Sequence record: SRR31147125_28975
DNA: 37,732 nucleotides
Reading direction: 5' to 3' (one strand)
In this document: piece by piece, positions 11,386 through 21,849 of the stretch
Layout: each line of letters begins with the position of its first letter
How positions within the stretch are numbered: position 1 is the first letter of the stretch
Position numbers and translations under genes: made by a program
Notes under the pieces: model-generated
The model's database searches: none
Seen by the model: the letters and a program-made list of their open reading frames with translations, nothing else
What the model was told of the DNA's origin: nothing

Positions 11386-13782
11386 CTAACTTGGGGTTAT
11401 CGATAGATTTTTATAAATACTTCCTGCGCCTTCGGTATAAAAACCAATTTGTCCATATAATATTGCATCAGCATCTATATAATCAAATATTAACTCATCA
11501 TCAACATATACTTTAATATGATTACCTTCCATCGTAACTTTCAAAGTATAAAATACATACGAATCAAGTGTTCTGGCAGTTGCTTCTAAATCATAAGCAG
11601 ATAAATTATAGTTATATCTGTTAATGAAAATCTTATGATTGTTCATACCAATATAATAACCTTGGATACTTTGGTTTGTATCATGCGTTGTAAACGCCGC
11701 GTTATCCGCTCTTAATATGAGCCCTGCCGTTCTTGTTTGTGTATTTCCAACAAAACTAATATCAACTGACATTGAAAAATCAGTCATTGTTTCATCACCG
11801 AAATATAGCAATTGTCTATTGCCTTCAAGTGCATAGTGCCCATCATTTAATTTCCATGAATTTACATAGTTTGCTCCTTGCAATACATATTGTTCTAAAT
11901 TATTTTCAAATGATGGATCACTTATAGATGATTTAAATATCTCAAAACTTGAAAATTGGAAATCTTCTTTAATGTCTACAATTCTTATATAATGTGCACC
12001 TTGCGGTAAATCAAGTTCTGTTAGAACAACATTTACATAATCCATGTCCGATTCCACATTTGGTACCTCAATTCTCATTGGCGTTGCATCATCTATTTGA
12101 AGACCAATTGCTGTGCCTGTGTATGCACGAGGTATTTTCATCTCTATTCCATAATATCCAGCGGCATCAATGTATGTAGCATATTGAACATAATCACCTT
12201 TTTTGCCTAAGAACATGTCGTAAGAGCCATTCAATCCATTATATGTTTCAGATGATTGGTCATTATTTTGTAAAATTAACTTGCTATCTTTTGAAAGATT
12301 AAAGTCTTCTTGGTCATATTGATTAGCTTGTATGCGTGATTGTTTGGCTTCTTCTTGATCACTTAATCCTTTAGCAACATTGCTGAATGCTGTGTATTTA
12401 ACATCAATTGCATTAGCATCAACATAACCAATTGCACCACCTTCCAATGTCATATCTAAGTCTGCAATCTTTCTCATATTATCAAAATACATATCAAATT
12501 TCCCATCTCTATATGCAACTCTCAACGTGTGAAGTACATCATATCGATATGTTTTATTTAAAATTTCCTCATGAAGTAGTGTTTCAACATTATTTTCAAT
12601 ACGAACAACAGAAATATTTTGTCCACTTACACTCACATAATGATAATTTTCTTCATCTTGATAACTAAATACTGCTTTCACACCTTCACCAATAAAATTA
12701 AACTCTGCTGTAAATATATCATTTGATTGTGTATGCGATAAATTGAAACGCCCACTTGTTTCTAATCCAGATATATCATCTACTGCAAATGCTGCACTTG
12801 CAGGCACAAAGTTGCCTTCTATTTCAGGATGATCAACTGTCATGTTTGTTCCATTAAATAGCAATCTACTCAAATTAAAACTTCTATTAGGACCACCAGA
12901 ATTATTTAAGTTATGATAAGCCAAATAATAACTATCCATGTCAGGTCCCATAACTGTACTACTATGTCCTAAACCATTAAAATCTTCATCGGTACTCAAT
13001 AATATATTATCTCCATATGTATACGCATCTCGTGAGAATGTTTCATCAGTTGTATAACTATATGCGATACGGTATCCAGGACTAGTCACATGATTCCCTG
13101 TAAATGTTAAATAATATATACCTTCTCTTTTTAATAAATACGGTCCTTCTGTCCAACTGCCGATAATCGTGTTATCCAATGTATAACCAGTATCCAATGT
13201 CATATCATCGTTGACTTTGATCATTCTAATACCATTGGTTGATGCTCTTAAAAAATAAAGTTGTTCATCATCATCCATAAAAAACGACCCATCTATTTGT
13301 TGACCAATATTATCTGTTATGGCAACAAACGGTCCAGCTGGACTATCAGATGATAATATATAATGTCCAGATCCTCCAGGTGATGTAACCATATAAAATG
13401 TACCATCTATATAGATGACTTCTGGCGCATATGCAGATAACGTTGCTTCATCTGTTGAGACATATCCTGTAGGCATGCCTTCACCAGTAACTTGTTCCCA
13501 ATGAACTAAATCACTAGATGACCAAGCACGCACACCTGTTTCATTATTTTTTGTAGACGCATATAAATAATAAATACCATTGAATCGGTAAACAAAAGGG
13601 TCACCAATGCCATATCCTTCCCATTGTTCTGGAATTAATGCCTCATCAAATTTATTCTCGTATGTTTCTCTTACATCAAATGAATTACCATCTTGAGCAT
13701 AAACAATTGTTTCATCTTTTGCGCATGATGAAAGTGTACATATAACACACATAAAAATAATTATTGCTAGAGTCTTTTTCAT
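11386..13782 (-). CDS. Lipoprotein GH43-family glycoside hydrolase with C-terminal beta-sandwich modules (CBM6/35-like and DUF1080/ConA-like)
   Basis: Lipobox LSSC; GH43 acidic triad contexts GIGDP, QIDGS, WTEGP, plus YAPEV and GHSS. Start reset to ATG 13782 (AGGAG RBS). C-terminal domain names are pattern-based. Confidence 0.85.
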   Translation of the reverse strand: MKKTLAIIIFMCVICTLSSCAKDETIVYAQDGNSFDVRETYENKFDEALIPEQWEGYGIGDPFVYRFNGIYYLYASTKNNETGVRAWSSSDLVHWEQVTGEGMPTGYVSTDEATLSAYAPEVIYIDGTFYMVTSPGGSGHYILSSDSPAGPFVAITDNIGQQIDGSFFMDDDEQLYFLRASTNGIRMIKVNDDMTLDTGYTLDNTIIGSWTEGPYLLKREGIYYLTFTGNHVTSPGYRIAYSYTTDETFSRDAYTYGDNILLSTDEDFNGLGHSSTVMGPDMDSYYLAYHNLNNSGGPNRSFNLSRLLFNGTNMTVDHPEIEGNFVPASAAFAVDDISGLETSGRFNLSHTQSNDIFTAEFNFIGEGVKAVFSYQDEENYHYVSVSGQNISVVRIENNVETLLHEEILNKTYRYDVLHTLRVAYRDGKFDMYFDNMRKIADLDMTLEGGAIGYVDANAIDVKYTAFSNVAKGLSDQEEAKQSRIQANQYDQEDFNLSKDSKLILQNNDQSSETYNGLNGSYDMFLGKKGDYVQYATYIDAAGYYGIEMKIPRAYTGTAIGLQIDDATPMRIEVPNVESDMDYVNVVLTELDLPQGAHYIRIVDIKEDFQFSSFEIFKSSISDPSFENNLEQYVLQGANYVNSWKLNDGHYALEGNRQLLYFGDETMTDFSMSVDISFVGNTQTRTAGLILRADNAAFTTHDTNQSIQGYYIGMNNHKIFINRYNYNLSAYDLEATARTLDSYVFYTLKVTMEGNHIKVYVDDELIFDYIDADAILYGQIGFYTEGAGSIYKNLSITPS

Positions 13783-13792
13783 ATTTATTCTC

Positions 13793-16700
13793 CTATTCAT
13801 TGTTTGCACTTATATATAATTGATTATCTGAACCAATTCTTACATAATTTGTTGGTACCTCTGGTGCTATAAATGAACCATTATAGCCCCATCCATCCCA
13901 ATCAGAAACAAACTCGTTCCATACACCTAAGCTCATACCTACCGCTTCTGTAGATTCGATATCTAAAAATGCATATGGAATATACAACTCAATCGTTTGT
14001 GCATCAATAACTGTAACAACGAATGTGGAACTGTCCCAATTACTGCCACCCCAATTTCCAACTGATTCAATCGTACCATTAGTTCTTAATCGTACAACAT
14101 AATCTGTTGTATCTCTAGTTGCTGCACTTGTTTTTGTATCTAAAAATAGTTCGATAACTTCATGCTGAGTCTCGGAGGTTCTCCATGCAGTTTCTCCAAT
14201 AAAAGTAAAGTATATACCTTCATAACCTCTTTGGACTGATAAACTGCCTGTTGTGAACTCAGCAGATTTTCCAGAGAAATTTCCACTAAAACCTTCAGGC
14301 TGTAATATTTCTATCATTTGCGATGTCCCCAGCCCAACTTGTTCTTGTGTATATGAAACTGTTTCGTCTTCGAACCCAGTATATGTAACAAGTACCCATT
14401 GACTTTCTACATTAACTTGTGTGAATGTAAATAAGCCATTTTCATCTGTAATTGTTTGAACATCATTTAATGTAACAGTCGCTCCCGAAACAACACCGTT
14501 TAAATTAACAACAGTCCCAGTTACTACACCTTCTGCTTCATCTTCAATTAAAGTAACATCTAATATATATGTTGTTTGCGCAGACAAATCTGCTGCACTC
14601 ACTTCTATTTGTTTTGTTTTAAATCCTTGTTTTTCAAATACTAATGCAATATCGCTAGTTGAATCTATGACACCTAAATTATATACTCCATTTTCATCTG
14701 AAAAAACACTGTTTTCTTGGTCACCTAAGAGGTACACCGTAACACCTTCAACATTTACCGCTCCAGTTACAGTTACTGAAGTGATTGAATCAAGACTAAA
14801 ATTTTGGGTCATATATTTCTCTAATTCAACACTTGAATAAGTTTTAACTTCTGATATATATCCTAATTTGCTCGCTGTTAAGGACATATCTTCTCTTGCA
14901 ATTCTCAACGTATAATAACCATTTTCATCAGTAAGCACACCATGAACTTCAACACCTTCAATAGCAGTTTCACCTGATGTCACATGCCCTGAAAATACTG
15001 TTGTTAAGCTATTAGAATCGAATCTGTACAATGTATTGTCAATATCTACTCTTACATAGTTTGATGGTACTTCTGGTGCAATAAATGAGTCTTGATAAGC
15101 CCATCCATCCCAATCTGAAGCAAATTCATTCCACACACCAACACTTACACCAAAGATTTCATCCGAATCTAAGTTTAAGAAACTATATGGTATATAAAGT
15201 AAAATATGATTCTCATCAACTTTTTCAACCTCAAGTGCTGAACTATCTGTGTTAGTGCCACCCCAGTTATTGATCGATGATATGCTACCGTTTGCCTTAA
15301 TACTAATTAAATAATCACTGTTATTTCTTGTACTATCGCTAGTTTTTGTATCAATAAATAGTTCAATGATTTCATTTTGATCAATTGATGTGCGCCATTG
15401 AGTTTCACCTGTAAATCTAAAGTATAAGCCATCAATACCTCGTTGAATCATAAATTCCCCTGCTGTGAATGCTTCATTTTTGCCAGAGAATGTTCCTGAC
15501 GATTGACCTACTTTTAATAATTCATATACATTTGTTTCATTTTCCAATAATGCACTTTGTAAAACTTGTGATTCTACTGTATCATAACCTTCTTTTATTA
15601 AAGTTATTGTGTAGTTCATCAATACGACATCTACAAAGGCAAACATGCCGTTTTCATCAGTGGTGACTATTTGTTCTCCTAGTTGCACATTGACACCTTC
15701 AACATCACCATCAAAACTTAAAACATGGCCTTGATAACTACCTAAAACTTCTTCTTCAATCAATAGAACATCAGCTGTTACGGGGTTAGATGCTTGTAAT
15801 GCTTCTGATGAAAGTATCAGTTCATAAGTGTTATATCCATCCTTTTCAAATACAAGCGTTTGTTCTACTGTATTTAAAATATCGTTGAACGTATAATCAC
15901 CGTTTTCATCAGAAATGACAATGTTTAAGTCATCTGATTTTAAATAAATTGATACACCTTCAACGCCCACATGACCAGAAACTGTTGTATAAAAATCACC
16001 AACTAATTCAATATCTAACATATACGTTTGCATCATATCCTCAGAATCAATATTTAATGTCGTACCTAGATATGATCCTTTAGTTGCTGTAATTGAAATA
16101 TCAGATCTAGGAACTCTTAATTCATAGTATCCCTGAGCATTTGTTAACACGCCATTAACATCTACGTTTTCTAGCAATTGTTCCTCTGATGATACAACGC
16201 CATAGAATAATGTTGTTTTTTCGTTGTTTTGATAAACATATAATTGATTATCTTCACCTATTCTTACATATGATGTTGTAAATTCTGGTGCTACAAATGC
16301 ACCTAAATATGCCCATCCGTCCCAATCGCTGCCACTCCAAACACCAGCTGATATACCAATGACGTCAAGCGAATCAATGCCAAAGAATGCATAAGGTATA
16401 TACGCTTTAACTGTTGCACTTTGATCAGCTTTTGAAACATTTGATGTTATATGTGATGTTGCAAGATCTGTGTTTTCTCCATTTCCAAAGTTTATGATAT
16501 TAATTGACCCTGTTGAAGAAAAATCAATACGATAGTCTGTATTATCTCTATCTGTAATTGAAGTTTGTGTATCAACAAAGAGTTCGATGTGTGCACTTTC
16601 AGGGAAAGCAGATTGTGTATTAAATTCAAAATAGAATCCTTCAAGTCCTCTTGCCACAGTTGCATCAAATACATTAATACCTCTATTGCCGCCAAATGTA

Positions 16701-18031
16701 AACACTTCACTTGATAACAGCATTAAATCCAATTGTTCTAAATCTGTTGTACTATCTGCCATAATTGATGATGAATCAATTGTATATGTTTTATTTTGAT
16801 ATCCAGATTTAGACACCTCAACTGTCATAGTTTCTGAAACAATTGCTTCAATACTAAATACACCTTGTTCATCCGTTGTTGCTTGATAGGTTTTATCGTT
16901 TGTAGTAATCGTTACTGTTGCATCAGCAATTAAACCTTCATAAACATTTTCTACGATACCCACAAATGTTGTTTCAACCTCAATACTTAAATCAATAAGT
17001 GTTATATCAAATACTGTTTCTTCATTTAACGCTCTTGCCTCTTGATTTGTATATGTTTTTTCAAATAATGTAAAATCATCTTTTGATGCAACTATGGTGA
17101 AACTATCATCTCTGTTTATATTTTCTAATGTATACTCACCAAATGCATTTGATGTTGTTTCTTTATCACCTATAGAAACTTTAGCGTTTTCTACTGGTTG
17201 ATTATTTTGATCAACAACTTGTCCACTGATTGAAATATTTTCTAATGGCATATTGTTTCTTGAATAAAACGATTGTTCATCAAAAATGATATAAGAAACT
17301 GGTGATTGTGGATCAATAAATGCGCCTTCAAATACAATACCTGTCCAAAAATAATCTGTGTTAGCAGCATTTCCTGTATCGACTTTATCTACATGACCGA
17401 ATGATACCCCAATGACATCATCTTTACTCATATTAATTTGACTATATGGAATCATTAATTCGATCGCATATCCTGTATCTACATCAGCGTCATCATTTAA
17501 TGTGCCTGTTGTAGCTATAGCAAAGTCAATAAGTCCTGTCCAAGTTCCCCATGAACCATCCGATGCAACAAGTATTCTTGTTTTACCATTTGCCCCAATA
17601 TTAATTTGAATATCATCTTCAACTGGTTGGCTAGCTTCATCATTTGCAATATTTAAATAGATTTCGACGCTATCACCCTTATTGACATCATCGCCTCCAT
17701 CTTCACTTAATGTCAAAATATTTTCATCTATGACATCGAAAAATACAAATAATGCTAGTTCTCCTCGATAAAACTTAACATTTACATGATTATCTTTACC
17801 ATAAGTTAATGTAGTGCTTCCATTATCCCAATCTGAATCATCTGCAATACCATCTATTGTTAATTCTGGTGGTAGATAGTTACCTTCAAAATCAAACTGC
17901 TCATCTGTTGCTGATTTTGAATATGCGTAATCATAATAATATTGTGAATCAACCACAACGCCATCACTACATGCACTTAATACGACAGCAACCAGTAATA
18001 TTGTAATACCTAGTAAATTACGTTTTTTCAT
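13793..18031 (-). CDS. 1412-aa surface lipoprotein with CBM9/DOMON-like modules alternating with carboxypeptidase-regulatory-like beta-sandwich repeats
   Basis: Lipobox LSAC; TIDG..DD.DW / GDSVEIYL / YAIELMIPY CBM9-like pattern; eight G.V...V......TDENG.Y/F type spacers; three DWDGW modules. Confidence 0.8.
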   Translation of the reverse strand: MKKRNLLGITILLVAVVLSACSDGVVVDSQYYYDYAYSKSATDEQFDFEGNYLPPELTIDGIADDSDWDNGSTTLTYGKDNHVNVKFYRGELALFVFFDVIDENILTLSEDGGDDVNKGDSVEIYLNIANDEASQPVEDDIQINIGANGKTRILVASDGSWGTWTGLIDFAIATTGTLNDDADVDTGYAIELMIPYSQINMSKDDVIGVSFGHVDKVDTGNAANTDYFWTGIVFEGAFIDPQSPVSYIIFDEQSFYSRNNMPLENISISGQVVDQNNQPVENAKVSIGDKETTSNAFGEYTLENINRDDSFTIVASKDDFTLFEKTYTNQEARALNEETVFDITLIDLSIEVETTFVGIVENVYEGLIADATVTITTNDKTYQATTDEQGVFSIEAIVSETMTVEVSKSGYQNKTYTIDSSSIMADSTTDLEQLDLMLLSSEVFTFGGNRGINVFDATVARGLEGFYFEFNTQSAFPESAHIELFVDTQTSITDRDNTDYRIDFSSTGSINIINFGNGENTDLATSHITSNVSKADQSATVKAYIPYAFFGIDSLDVIGISAGVWSGSDWDGWAYLGAFVAPEFTTSYVRIGEDNQLYVYQNNEKTTLFYGVVSSEEQLLENVDVNGVLTNAQGYYELRVPRSDISITATKGSYLGTTLNIDSEDMMQTYMLDIELVGDFYTTVSGHVGVEGVSIYLKSDDLNIVISDENGDYTFNDILNTVEQTLVFEKDGYNTYELILSSEALQASNPVTADVLLIEEEVLGSYQGHVLSFDGDVEGVNVQLGEQIVTTDENGMFAFVDVVLMNYTITLIKEGYDTVESQVLQSALLENETNVYELLKVGQSSGTFSGKNEAFTAGEFMIQRGIDGLYFRFTGETQWRTSIDQNEIIELFIDTKTSDSTRNNSDYLISIKANGSISSINNWGGTNTDSSALEVEKVDENHILLYIPYSFLNLDSDEIFGVSVGVWNEFASDWDGWAYQDSFIAPEVPSNYVRVDIDNTLYRFDSNSLTTVFSGHVTSGETAIEGVEVHGVLTDENGYYTLRIAREDMSLTASKLGYISEVKTYSSVELEKYMTQNFSLDSITSVTVTGAVNVEGVTVYLLGDQENSVFSDENGVYNLGVIDSTSDIALVFEKQGFKTKQIEVSAADLSAQTTYILDVTLIEDEAEGVVTGTVVNLNGVVSGATVTLNDVQTITDENGLFTFTQVNVESQWVLVTYTGFEDETVSYTQEQVGLGTSQMIEILQPEGFSGNFSGKSAEFTTGSLSVQRGYEGIYFTFIGETAWRTSETQHEVIELFLDTKTSAATRDTTDYVVRLRTNGTIESVGNWGGSNWDSSTFVVTVIDAQTIELYIPYAFLDIESTEAVGMSLGVWNEFVSDWDGWGYNGSFIAPEVPTNYVRIGSDNQLYISANNE
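13889..16327 (-). repeat. Intragenic super-repeat with a 1212-nt (404-aa) period
   Basis: DWDGW codons at 13889-13903, 15101-15115 and 16313-16327, exactly 1212 nt apart both times. Confidence 0.9.
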
Positions 18032-18046
18032 TTCATTTTCTCCCTT

Positions 18047-20104
18047 TTATTTACATATGATTTCTTTGATGCTAGCATCAATCACTTCATCTTTATAAAT
18101 ACCAATGACGCCTGTACTATAACTCCACGGATCGTATGTTTTAATCTCTAATTGTCCATCGATATATACTTCAATGACGCCTGATTTATATTTTACGTTC
18201 AATGAATATTGCTTATGTACTTGAAGATCATATGGTTTGTCAAATAACCTTTTTAGTCCATAACTTGCTTTTTCAACAACCAATAAAGAGTCTCGAAATC
18301 CGACAAAATAGCCATTATATCCAAATGATGTTTGCCCATCATGTTTAGAATGATTATTAACTTTAAACATCACGCCAAACCGTTGATGATGTTTGATAAC
18401 ATGCATCTCAAATTTCATCTCTAAATCATCAGTATCAAAGTTTGTTAAAATTTCTTCAAACGTTTGTTTTGTATTTAATGGTATGTTTGCAATATTTTTA
18501 GAGAACTGCTTAAACACTTCTTGTAATCTTATCGCTACCATTTCAAACATACCATCAATTAATTCAACATTTAGTTCATCAATCTGTTCAAAAACAAGTT
18601 GACTTAAGTCATATGTATATAACTCATAAGTCGAAATCTTTTTTATCGTAACCGTTTTTGACATATGCTTTGAAGATATTTTAAACGTCGCTTGATCTTT
18701 TAACAAACCATATAATGAAATCATACTGATATGACCTTTTTCACCTTGAAGCTGAAACAGATAAGTTTTTCCTTTATGCATTTGGAGTTTGTTGACTTTT
18801 TGTTGTTCATCGTATACGATTTCTTTTAATCGCATATGATTTGTGACTAAAATTGTGCCTGGTACATCATATGTATATGTTTCTTCGATGTTGGTATATG
18901 CGCAATACCTCATATTTAATGTTTGATCAAATGCAATATATCCACCATGTGATTCGTGATTAATTGCAGTTAAATAGTGATGATTTATATAAATCTTAAG
19001 TATGTGATTTAATTGCATTAAACGCAAATGGACAAAACCATATACATCATCATTAATTGGAATTCGATGCACCTGTTCATTTAATTGCACAGTTACATAA
19101 TGATTATCAATCATAATCCAATGATTAGCACCAAAATACATACGCTGATTTAATCCTTTAAATTCAAAAACAACCACAAAATCTTGATGTGTTTTATATT
19201 GTGACTGCCACATGTTTCCCACTTGAAGAAATTGGTGATTAGATGCTCTATATACTTCATGAGGCATTCTTGGTTTTTGTTTATCATAGTTTGTGACATT
19301 TACCGCTAACAATTTCCCATTAATTTGCAATGCATCAATACATAAATCTCTAGTTGGTATACCATTTTCTTGAACATATAATTGGTGATATGCTATATAA
19401 TAATCTAAAAGATTAGGACCCAATATATTCATTGAATGACCTAACGCTTTAAAATCGTCTTTCGTACTGATTACTAATGGATTGTTGATACCACGTGTAT
19501 AACTACCATTTAATGTTTGTGCATACCCATAATCGACACGATACCCCGCACTTTCTATGAAGTTTCCACAATACGTCATAAAATAAATATTGTCGTGTTG
19601 AATAAAATGTGGCCCTTCTGTCCATCCGTGCATAGGTGCATATAATTCCATGCGATGGCTGCACTCGCCTTGTTTATTCATTTGACTTATCGTGATGCCT
19701 TCGTGATTTGCTCTTCCAAAATACAATTTTTTATTCTCATAATAAAATGTACCGTCAATCATCTCACCAATATTTTCCGTTATACGCTTAAATGGTCCAA
19801 GTGGATGATCTGCAACAAAGATGTAATGGCCATTTCCCCCAGGAGATGTGGCAAGATAAAATTTCCCATATGCGTAAATCACTTCAGGTGCATATGCATT
19901 TTTTGTCAACACATCATCTGTAATTAATCCTTTATATGTCCAATCAACTAAGTTTTCAGACATGAAACACTTTATATTTGTTTCTTCATAGTGTGTGGAT
20001 GGATACAAATAATACATGCCTTCAAATGATAAAATATACGGATCACCTATTGGCGTTTTTTTACCATCTATATATAATTTAATCCCATTTTTATATGTAT
20101 TCAT
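18047..20104 (-). CDS. Cytoplasmic GH43-family glycoside hydrolase, paralogue of 11386-13782
   Basis: PIGDP, AYAPEVIY, MIDGT, WTEGP, LGHS; no signal peptide or lipobox. Confidence 0.85.
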   Translation of the reverse strand: MNTYKNGIKLYIDGKKTPIGDPYILSFEGMYYLYPSTHYEETNIKCFMSENLVDWTYKGLITDDVLTKNAYAPEVIYAYGKFYLATSPGGNGHYIFVADHPLGPFKRITENIGEMIDGTFYYENKKLYFGRANHEGITISQMNKQGECSHRMELYAPMHGWTEGPHFIQHDNIYFMTYCGNFIESAGYRVDYGYAQTLNGSYTRGINNPLVISTKDDFKALGHSMNILGPNLLDYYIAYHQLYVQENGIPTRDLCIDALQINGKLLAVNVTNYDKQKPRMPHEVYRASNHQFLQVGNMWQSQYKTHQDFVVVFEFKGLNQRMYFGANHWIMIDNHYVTVQLNEQVHRIPINDDVYGFVHLRLMQLNHILKIYINHHYLTAINHESHGGYIAFDQTLNMRYCAYTNIEETYTYDVPGTILVTNHMRLKEIVYDEQQKVNKLQMHKGKTYLFQLQGEKGHISMISLYGLLKDQATFKISSKHMSKTVTIKKISTYELYTYDLSQLVFEQIDELNVELIDGMFEMVAIRLQEVFKQFSKNIANIPLNTKQTFEEILTNFDTDDLEMKFEMHVIKHHQRFGVMFKVNNHSKHDGQTSFGYNGYFVGFRDSLLVVEKASYGLKRLFDKPYDLQVHKQYSLNVKYKSGVIEVYIDGQLEIKTYDPWSYSTGVIGIYKDEVIDASIKEIICK

Positions 20105-20949
20105 TCTTTAATACCTACCGATGCAGATGATTGAATAAAATATTTCTGGAAACCAATAAATAATGCAATCATCGGTAATGAAGATACAAAGGCACCAGCC
20201 ATAACAAGTGGAAAGTTTACCCCACTTCCATATGATGAATTTAAAGATGATAATAAAACCTGTAGTGTATATGATTTTTCAGTTGTTAAATATATTGATG
20301 GCGCAAAATAGTCATTCCAAATCCCAACAAACCAAAATACAATTTGCGCAGCCAATGCAGGTTTAGCTAATGGTAGTACGATTTGAAATAATATCCTTGG
20401 ATAAGAAGCCCCATCTATTTTAGCTGCCTCTATCAATGCACTTGGTATACCACGCATATATTGAATCATAAAAAACATCATGGCAACATTTCCAAATAAT
20501 CCTGGTAAAATAAGCGGCCATAGTGTATCCGTTAATCCAAGGCTTTGAAATACTCTGTATTGCGGCAACATCACTGTTGCATAAGGTATCATCATTGAAC
20601 TTAACAATATCAATAGTAAAGTTTTCTTATGTGGCATACGTAATTTTGCAAAAGCAAATGCTGCAGCCGATGAAACAATAGTTCCTGTTACAATTACAAC
20701 AAATTCTATAGTTAGTGTATTCAGAGTTGCTCTAAAAATATTGTATTTTGAAAACAATTCTACATACGCCTCTGTTTGCCATTGATTTGGTAATAATTTA
20801 GGCACAATTGCAAAAGATTCTTGTGAAGTTTTAAAACTTGTAAAAAACATCCACAAATATGGCACTAACATTGTTAACGCGCCTAAGATAATAATGGTAT
20901 ATGCTGCAGTTTTAACTGCTTTTTGATATTGACTTAATTTATATTGCAT
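20101..20949 (-). CDS. Carbohydrate ABC transporter permease (MalG-like)
   Basis: About six TM segments; EAA loop IPSALIEAAKIDGAS; WNDYF. Confidence 0.93.
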   Translation of the reverse strand: MQYKLSQYQKAVKTAAYTIIILGALTMLVPYLWMFFTSFKTSQESFAIVPKLLPNQWQTEAYVELFSKYNIFRATLNTLTIEFVVIVTGTIVSSAAAFAFAKLRMPHKKTLLLILLSSMMIPYATVMLPQYRVFQSLGLTDTLWPLILPGLFGNVAMMFFMIQYMRGIPSALIEAAKIDGASYPRILFQIVLPLAKPALAAQIVFWFVGIWNDYFAPSIYLTTEKSYTLQVLLSSLNSSYGSGVNFPLVMAGAFVSSLPMIALFIGFQKYFIQSSASVGIKE

Positions 20950-20961
20950 AACTCATTCTCC

Positions 20962-21830
20962 CTAATCTTGGACGATATCCATTTTTCTAAACTGTATAAT
21001 GGTAATGATCATAATCATACCACCTAGTATTAATGAAGCTGCTGCTGCAACACCATATTTATTTGCATCTATACCTTTAGACCATATGTAATATACAATG
21101 GTTGCTGCTTGTGGATTGCCACTTGCCATTAATTGAGAATCAGCAAATGACTGTAATCCTGCAATGATACCTGTCACGATAATATAAAAGGTAATTGGAC
21201 GAATAAGCGGTACAGTGATTTTAAAAACTTTTGAATTTTAGAAGCCCCATCCATAGAAGCTGCTTCATAAAATGATTCCGGAATATTGTTTAATCCCGCA
21301 ATATATAAAATCATTGAAACGCCCATACCAGCCCAAATATTTTTAATAATGATTGCTGCTTTTATCGGGAAAAAGCCTGTACCAAGCCAAGCTGTATCTA
21401 TGTTAAATATATAGTTGATTAGTCCATACTCACCATTAAATAAATATTTCCAAACAATGTTTACTGCAACAACACTCGTTACAGCTGGTAAATAATAAAT
21501 TACACGTAATACTTTATTACCTTTAGTAGCTCTTTTTAAACTTGTCCCAAGCAATAATCCGAAAACCATACCTACAAATATGCTTGTTAAAAGTATCAAT
21601 GTATTAAAAATTGATTGTCTAAAATATTTATCTTGAAACAAATCTTTATAGTTTTCAAATAGTACAAATTTTGTTTCTTGTCGAATCGGATTGTAATCGG
21701 TTAAACTATACCAAAATGAAAATCCCATTGGTAAAACTGTAAATATGACGAATCCAATGAGTGGAATTGTGATGAACGCTAGTGACCATCTAATTTCATT
21801 TTTGTATAATTGTCCTGTTTTTTTCTTCAT
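20962..21830 (-). pseudogene. Carbohydrate ABC permease (MalF-like) split by a 1-nt frameshift near 21225
   Basis: ORFs 21174-21830 and 20962-21177 join into a 289-aa permease if one base is added in the T5 run (plus-strand A5 at 21223-21227), giving EAASMDGASKIQKFFKITVPLIRPITFYIIVTG. Confidence 0.85.
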
Positions 21831-21849
21831 TTAATTCATCCTTTGCTGA

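Noticed and set aside
20962-21177. 71-aa ORF as an independent gene
   Set aside because: It is the C-terminal part of the frameshifted permease.
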